Origin: Aequorivita sp.
GTDB taxonomy: Bacteria > Bacteroidota > Bacteroidia > Flavobacteriales > Flavobacteriaceae
Length of the DNA stretch: 52,370 bases
Direction: 5' to 3'
Assembly: GCA_035307265.1 (NCBI GenBank)
Contig: DATGMT010000081.1
Span: 1 to 52,370, forward strand
Position numbers and translations under genes: made by a program. Shown piece by piece: positions 47,875 to 52,370 of the stretch. Below the pieces are notes generated by a model, which worked only from the letters and a program-made list of their open reading frames with translations, did not search any database and had not been told where the DNA came from. Each line of letters starts with the position of its first letter. Position 1 is the first letter of the stretch.

Positions 47875-49095
47875 TTGAAGAAGTATTTTTTATTTGCCTT
47901 GCCTATTATTCTATTTATTGGATGTGAAAAACCAAATAGAGATATAGCTGAAAACATTGTTGAAGGGGCTCCATTGATTATCACTGAATATGGATATGTT
48001 CTGAATGATTTCGAGGTGGTTCGAGACACAGTTCGAAAAGGTGATACTTTTGGAGATATCCTTCTCTCAAATGGCGTTTCTCATGATAAAATCATGGAAG
48101 TAGCTACAAACTTTCGAGATAGCTTCGATGTTAGACGAATGAGAGTTGGAAAACCCTATGTACTTCTAAACTCTAAAGATTCTCTTAGGTCTACACAGGT
48201 TTTTATATATGAAAATTCAAAAATAGATTACTCTATTGTTGATTTCAGAGACTCTATTTCAATTAATAAGTTTAAAAAACCTGTTACATATGTTGAGCGC
48301 GAAGCATCGGGTATAATTACCAACTCATTGTCTGCTACAATGGAAGAGCAAAACTTAAGTCCTTATATGACAGATCAATTGGCCAATATTTACGCTTGGA
48401 CAATTAACTTTTTTAAACTACAGCAAGGAGATCGCTTTAAGGTGATTTATACTGAAAGATTTATAGACGACACTATTTCTGCAGGTATGCATGAGATTAA
48501 GGCTGCATATTTTGAACACCACGGAAAACCTTTGTATGCCTTCAAGTTTGATGCTGATTCTGAAGAAAACATCTCTGGGTTTTATGATGAAAACGCAAAT
48601 AATCTTAAACGAGCATTTTTAAAAGCTCCTGTCAAATTTAGTAGAATCTCTTCGCGATATAACCTAAACCGTAGAATTAAATACTATGGTTATAAAGTCC
48701 GCCCACATAAAGGAACTGATTTTGCTGCACCAGTTGGAACACCGATATTGGCTACAGCCGATGGCGTGGTTACAAAATCAGAATACAGAGGAGGTAACGG
48801 CAACTATGTAAAGATTAGACATAACGGAACCTATGAAACACAATATCTTCATATGAAGTCTAGAAAGGTTAAAGTAGGTCAGTATGTTAGTCAAGGCGAT
48901 GTGATTGGATGGATAGGAATGACAGGTAATACAAGTGGGCCTCACGTGTGCTATCGTTTTTGGAAAAATGGTAAACAGGTAGATCCATTTAATGAAGACC
49001 TCCCGTTTTCCAAGCCACTGCCAGAAGAATACCACGAATCCTATATGGCCACTCTTGCTCCTATTAAGGAAAAGCTTGATTGTATAAGTTTCTAA
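47875..49095 (+). CDS. M23 family peptidoglycan DD-endopeptidase (MepM/Csd3-like), probable lipoprotein, TTG start
   Basis: FIGC lipobox-like signal, HKGTDFAAPVGTPI, YLHM, TGNTSGPHVCY. Confidence 0.9.
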   Translation: MKKYFLFALPIILFIGCEKPNRDIAENIVEGAPLIITEYGYVLNDFEVVRDTVRKGDTFGDILLSNGVSHDKIMEVATNFRDSFDVRRMRVGKPYVLLNSKDSLRSTQVFIYENSKIDYSIVDFRDSISINKFKKPVTYVEREASGIITNSLSATMEEQNLSPYMTDQLANIYAWTINFFKLQQGDRFKVIYTERFIDDTISAGMHEIKAAYFEHHGKPLYAFKFDADSEENISGFYDENANNLKRAFLKAPVKFSRISSRYNLNRRIKYYGYKVRPHKGTDFAAPVGTPILATADGVVTKSEYRGGNGNYVKIRHNGTYETQYLHMKSRKVKVGQYVSQGDVIGWIGMTGNTSGPHVCYRFWKNGKQVDPFNEDLPFSKPLPEEYHESYMATLAPIKEKLDCISF

Positions 49096-49263
49096 GATAC
49101 AATTCACTTAAACTCTACGAGTTATTAGTGTGAGTTCTTGAATGTAAGGAGTATATCTCCAAGTTCATAGAATGAATTAATTCTAATTTTTTCCCTCATA
49201 AATTATTAGGTTCTTATTTTAGGTTGTATTTTTACCGAAAATTTAAACCTAATATTTGCTCTT

Positions 49264-51897
49264 ATGAGAAAATTTTTACTTCTAGTTTTTTTACTTGGCA
49301 GCATTTCTGCCTTTTCACAGAGGACAGTAACGGGAACCGTTATTGATTCGGAGTCGCAAACTCCGCTGCCAGGAGCCAACATTGTTGAGGCTGGTACTTC
49401 TAATGGAGCTATCGCCGATTTTGATGGAAACTTCACTTTAGAAGCTCGATCAAATTCAGGATCAATTGTAGTATCTTATATAGGATACGATAATCAACAA
49501 GTATCTTTTAAAATTGTTAACGGGGTTAGTAACCTTGGAACTATTAAAGTAACTCCTGATGCCGATGCGCTTCAAGAGGTAGTTATTGTAGGAAAAGGAG
49601 TAATAGACTTAGCAGGTGATCGTAGAACGCCAATTGCTGTTTCTACAATTACTTCTACTGAAATTCAAGCTAAAGCTGTTGGAAACGTCGAGTTTCCAGA
49701 GGTTATGAAAAGCACGCCAAGTGTTTATGTTTCTAACCAATCAGGTGGATTTGGAGACTCTCAAATGTTTCTACGTGGTTTCGACCAAACAAACACTGCA
49801 TTCCTTTTGAACGGTCAACCAATTAACGGAATGGAAGATGGAAGAGTATACTGGTCAAACTGGTCTGGAATGTCTGATGTGGCTAATGCTGTTCAGGTGC
49901 AACGTGGACTTGGATCGTCTAAACTTGCTATTTCTTCTGTTGGAGGAACTGTAAACATCGTTTCTCGTGCAGCGGGCAGAAAAGAAGGTGGTTTTGCTAG
50001 ATTTATGACTGGTAATGACAGCTACTTCAAAGGGACTGTTAGCTACGATTCTGGATTAAAAGGAAAATGGGCATACTCATTTCTTGTAGATCACTGGCAA
50101 GCGCATAGAAAATATGCAGACGGAACAGGTGGACAAGGCCAAAACTACTTTGTAGGTATTGGATACGTTCCTAATGATTCACACTCTTTCAACTTTTTGT
50201 TGACAGGTGCACCACAACGTCACGATCAAAACTTCTCTAAGTCTTTAGAGGACTACGAAACATTTGGTAAACGTTATAATAATAACACTGGTTTTTACAA
50301 AGGTGAGCGTTATACATTAAGAAGAAACTACTACCACAAGCCAATCGCTAACTTAAACTGGGATTGGAATATCTCTGAAAAAACTAGCTTGTCTTCTGTA
50401 GCTTATGCATCATGGGGACGTGGTGGTGGAACAGGACCTGCAGGTAGTTCAAGTAACATCATCCGTAACGATAATGGCGAAATTGACTTTGATGCAATCG
50501 AGCAAAACAACATAGATACTTCTGATAACGGTATAGGTGGCTACGGAAGCGGATCTCTTGCTAGAAGAATGTCTGTAAACAACCACAACTGGTACGGATT
50601 TCTTACTAATTTAGAATCTGATTTAAACGAAAACTTTACTGTTAATGCAGGTCTTGACACACGTTTCTACAAAGGAAGCCACTGGTATCAAATGAATGAC
50701 CTTTTAGGGTTAGACGGTTATGCAGATAACTTTGGATATGGTGACGCTAGAGATGCCGACTATGTTATTAATGAAACGTTTAAAGCAAATCCTTGGGCTT
50801 CATTGTTTAACTCAGCAGATGAGGGTCAGCGTTTTAACTACGACTATTCTGAGTATATTAACTATATAGGAGCTTTTGGTCAAGCTGAATACAAAACAGA
50901 TAACTTCTCTGCCTTTGTACAAGGAGCTGTTTCAACACAAAGCTACCAAAGAGAAGGTCGCGCTGCAGGAAGAGAAGTTGAAGGCGTAGACGGAATGGGT
51001 AAATCTGATAAGGTTAACAAAGTTGGATATAACATTAAAGGAGGTCTTGGATATACTTTCGCAGAAGGTCACACTATCTTCGCTAATGCTGGACAATACT
51101 CTAGACAACCTTTCTTAGATAATATTTTTGACGATATCAGAAATTCAAACTACATACTTTCAGGTGATAACGAAATCGAAAATGAAGAAATCACTGGAGT
51201 TGAGTTTGGTTATAAAGTACGTTCAGGAAGCTTTAGTTTAGATTTAAACGGATATTATACTTCTTGGGGTAATAGATTTCTTGGAGGAAGCTTCATCCAA
51301 GGTGATGAAACCTCTACAGATCCTGTTGCACAAAAAGACCGCTACCAGAGATTTACTAACATCACTCAGGTACACAAAGGATTTGAGTTTGAAGGTAGAT
51401 ATCGTTACTCTAGTGACTTCATGATGAGAGCTTTTGGTAGTATTGGTAACTGGAAATATGATGGATCTACTCCATTCCAAACTAGAGAGGCAGACACTAA
51501 TGAGTTGTTAGAAGATGGAAGTGTTAACCTAACTGGAACAAAAGTGGGTAATGCACCACAAACTTCATTCGGTTTTGGATTTAAGTATGGTATTTTCGAT
51601 GGCTTCAGTATTGATGCTGACTATAATATCTATGCTAATCTTTACGGATTTGTTGATGCATTAGACGTAGTTGAAGCTTCACAAGCGGGTGTTGTTTATC
51701 AAGCAGAGCGTTTACCTTCTTACGGAGTGTTAGATGCAGGAGTTACTTACAAGTTTAACCTTGGCGGTGATGATATTACAATTAGAGCAAACGTTTATAA
51801 CGTTGCTAATGAAACTTACTTAAGTCAAAAAGATTCATACGGTTATTTCTATGGAAATGGAAGAACTTGGAACGCAAGTGTGCGCTATAACTTCTAA
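49264..51897 (+). CDS. TonB-dependent receptor with N-terminal carboxypeptidase-regulatory-like domain
   Basis: VTGTVID..PLPGANI, LQEVVI TonB-box region, plug (LRGF...LLNGQP...VQRG), terminal GRTWNASVRYNF. Confidence 0.93.
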   Translation: MRKFLLLVFLLGSISAFSQRTVTGTVIDSESQTPLPGANIVEAGTSNGAIADFDGNFTLEARSNSGSIVVSYIGYDNQQVSFKIVNGVSNLGTIKVTPDADALQEVVIVGKGVIDLAGDRRTPIAVSTITSTEIQAKAVGNVEFPEVMKSTPSVYVSNQSGGFGDSQMFLRGFDQTNTAFLLNGQPINGMEDGRVYWSNWSGMSDVANAVQVQRGLGSSKLAISSVGGTVNIVSRAAGRKEGGFARFMTGNDSYFKGTVSYDSGLKGKWAYSFLVDHWQAHRKYADGTGGQGQNYFVGIGYVPNDSHSFNFLLTGAPQRHDQNFSKSLEDYETFGKRYNNNTGFYKGERYTLRRNYYHKPIANLNWDWNISEKTSLSSVAYASWGRGGGTGPAGSSSNIIRNDNGEIDFDAIEQNNIDTSDNGIGGYGSGSLARRMSVNNHNWYGFLTNLESDLNENFTVNAGLDTRFYKGSHWYQMNDLLGLDGYADNFGYGDARDADYVINETFKANPWASLFNSADEGQRFNYDYSEYINYIGAFGQAEYKTDNFSAFVQGAVSTQSYQREGRAAGREVEGVDGMGKSDKVNKVGYNIKGGLGYTFAEGHTIFANAGQYSRQPFLDNIFDDIRNSNYILSGDNEIENEEITGVEFGYKVRSGSFSLDLNGYYTSWGNRFLGGSFIQGDETSTDPVAQKDRYQRFTNITQVHKGFEFEGRYRYSSDFMMRAFGSIGNWKYDGSTPFQTREADTNELLEDGSVNLTGTKVGNAPQTSFGFGFKYGIFDGFSIDADYNIYANLYGFVDALDVVEASQAGVVYQAERLPSYGVLDAGVTYKFNLGGDDITIRANVYNVANETYLSQKDSYGYFYGNGRTWNASVRYNF

Positions 51898-51917
51898 TTA
51901 TAGTCTTAGATAAAGGT

Positions 51918-51950
51918 AAAAAAGCCCCAGTATATTGGGGCTTTTTTTTT
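51918..51950 (+). terminator. Intrinsic terminator after TonB-dependent receptor
   Basis: AAAAAAGCCCCA-GTATAT-TGGGGCTTTTTTTTT. Confidence 0.88.
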
Positions 51951-51998
51951 ATTTATAAAGCTTATCTTTGATGAAATTCAAAAAATCCTAAAGAAAAA

Positions 51999-52370
51999 AT
52001 GTACAAAACCGTTCAATTTATTCATTCGTATTGGGCATATCTCGTGCTGCTTATTGTTATTGTGGCCACACTAAATGCCTTAGCTGGCTTATTCTCTAAG
52101 AAAGAATATGGCCCAAAAGACTTCAGAATTTCGCTGTTTGCACTTATCGTGACTCATATCCAATTGCTAATCGGATTGATTCTCTTGTTTGTTTCGCCAC
52201 TAGGAATTAAGAATATTAGTAACCTAGGAATGGGCGAAGTAATGAAGAATTCCGAGTTTAGACTTTATGCAGTAGAGCATCCCTTAATGATGATACTTAC
52301 AGTTGTTTTTATAACTATTGGATATTCATCACACAAGAAAAAGTTGCTTTCTAACAAGAAGTTTAAAACA
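51999..52370 (+). CDS. Conserved Bacteroidota integral membrane protein (3'-truncated, not in ORF track)
   Basis: Open frame from ATG 51999 to the window end: MYKTVQFIHSYWAYLVLL...THIQLLIGL...RLYAVEHPLMM...; several TM helices. TATCTTTG -7 element at 51963-51970. Confidence 0.85.
   Translation, partial: MYKTVQFIHSYWAYLVLLIVIVATLNALAGLFSKKEYGPKDFRISLFALIVTHIQLLIGLILLFVSPLGIKNISNLGMGEVMKNSEFRLYAVEHPLMMILTVVFITIGYSSHKKKLLSNKKFKT

Noticed and set aside
1-52370. Prophage, IS element, CRISPR array or rRNA anywhere in the window
   Set aside because: No integrase, transposase, phage structural or cas ORFs and no rRNA-like sequence; nearly all space is taken by recognisable genes.

Overview
AT-rich chromosomal segment of a Bacteroidota (Flavobacteriaceae-type) bacterium. 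The assignment is inferred from T9SS C-terminal domains, repeated TAnnTTTG promoter elements and gene content. The window is mostly core or conserved genes: rseP, a T9SS M1 aminopeptidase, SCO-feoA-feoB plus an unannotated 48-aa Cys-rich FeoB-associated ORF, a TlpA-like lipoprotein, mfd, a glutathione-reductase-like flavoprotein, a TspO-like protein, TerB, dGTPase, a T9SS M36 protease, dxs, tadA, aspS, a TetR-TolC-MFP-RND operon, a polyprenyl synthase, sucAB, an acyl-CoA thioesterase, an HU-like/SPOR protein, dprA, uvrC, a patatin-POTRA-barrel protein, hmgA-hppD, DUF3108, an M23 peptidase, a TonB-dependent receptor and a truncated membrane protein. I see no prophage, CRISPR array, IS or rRNA. 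The most unusual structure is at the left edge (1-170): the C-terminus of a probable small GIY-YIG nuclease, then the 3' half of a tRNA-Asn whose variable loop is replaced by a perfect 18-bp palindrome (CCCCGATAGCTATCGGGG), then a terminator. This is a candidate tRNA-targeting nuclease/palindrome micro-element. All family calls come from motif recognition; no searches were run.
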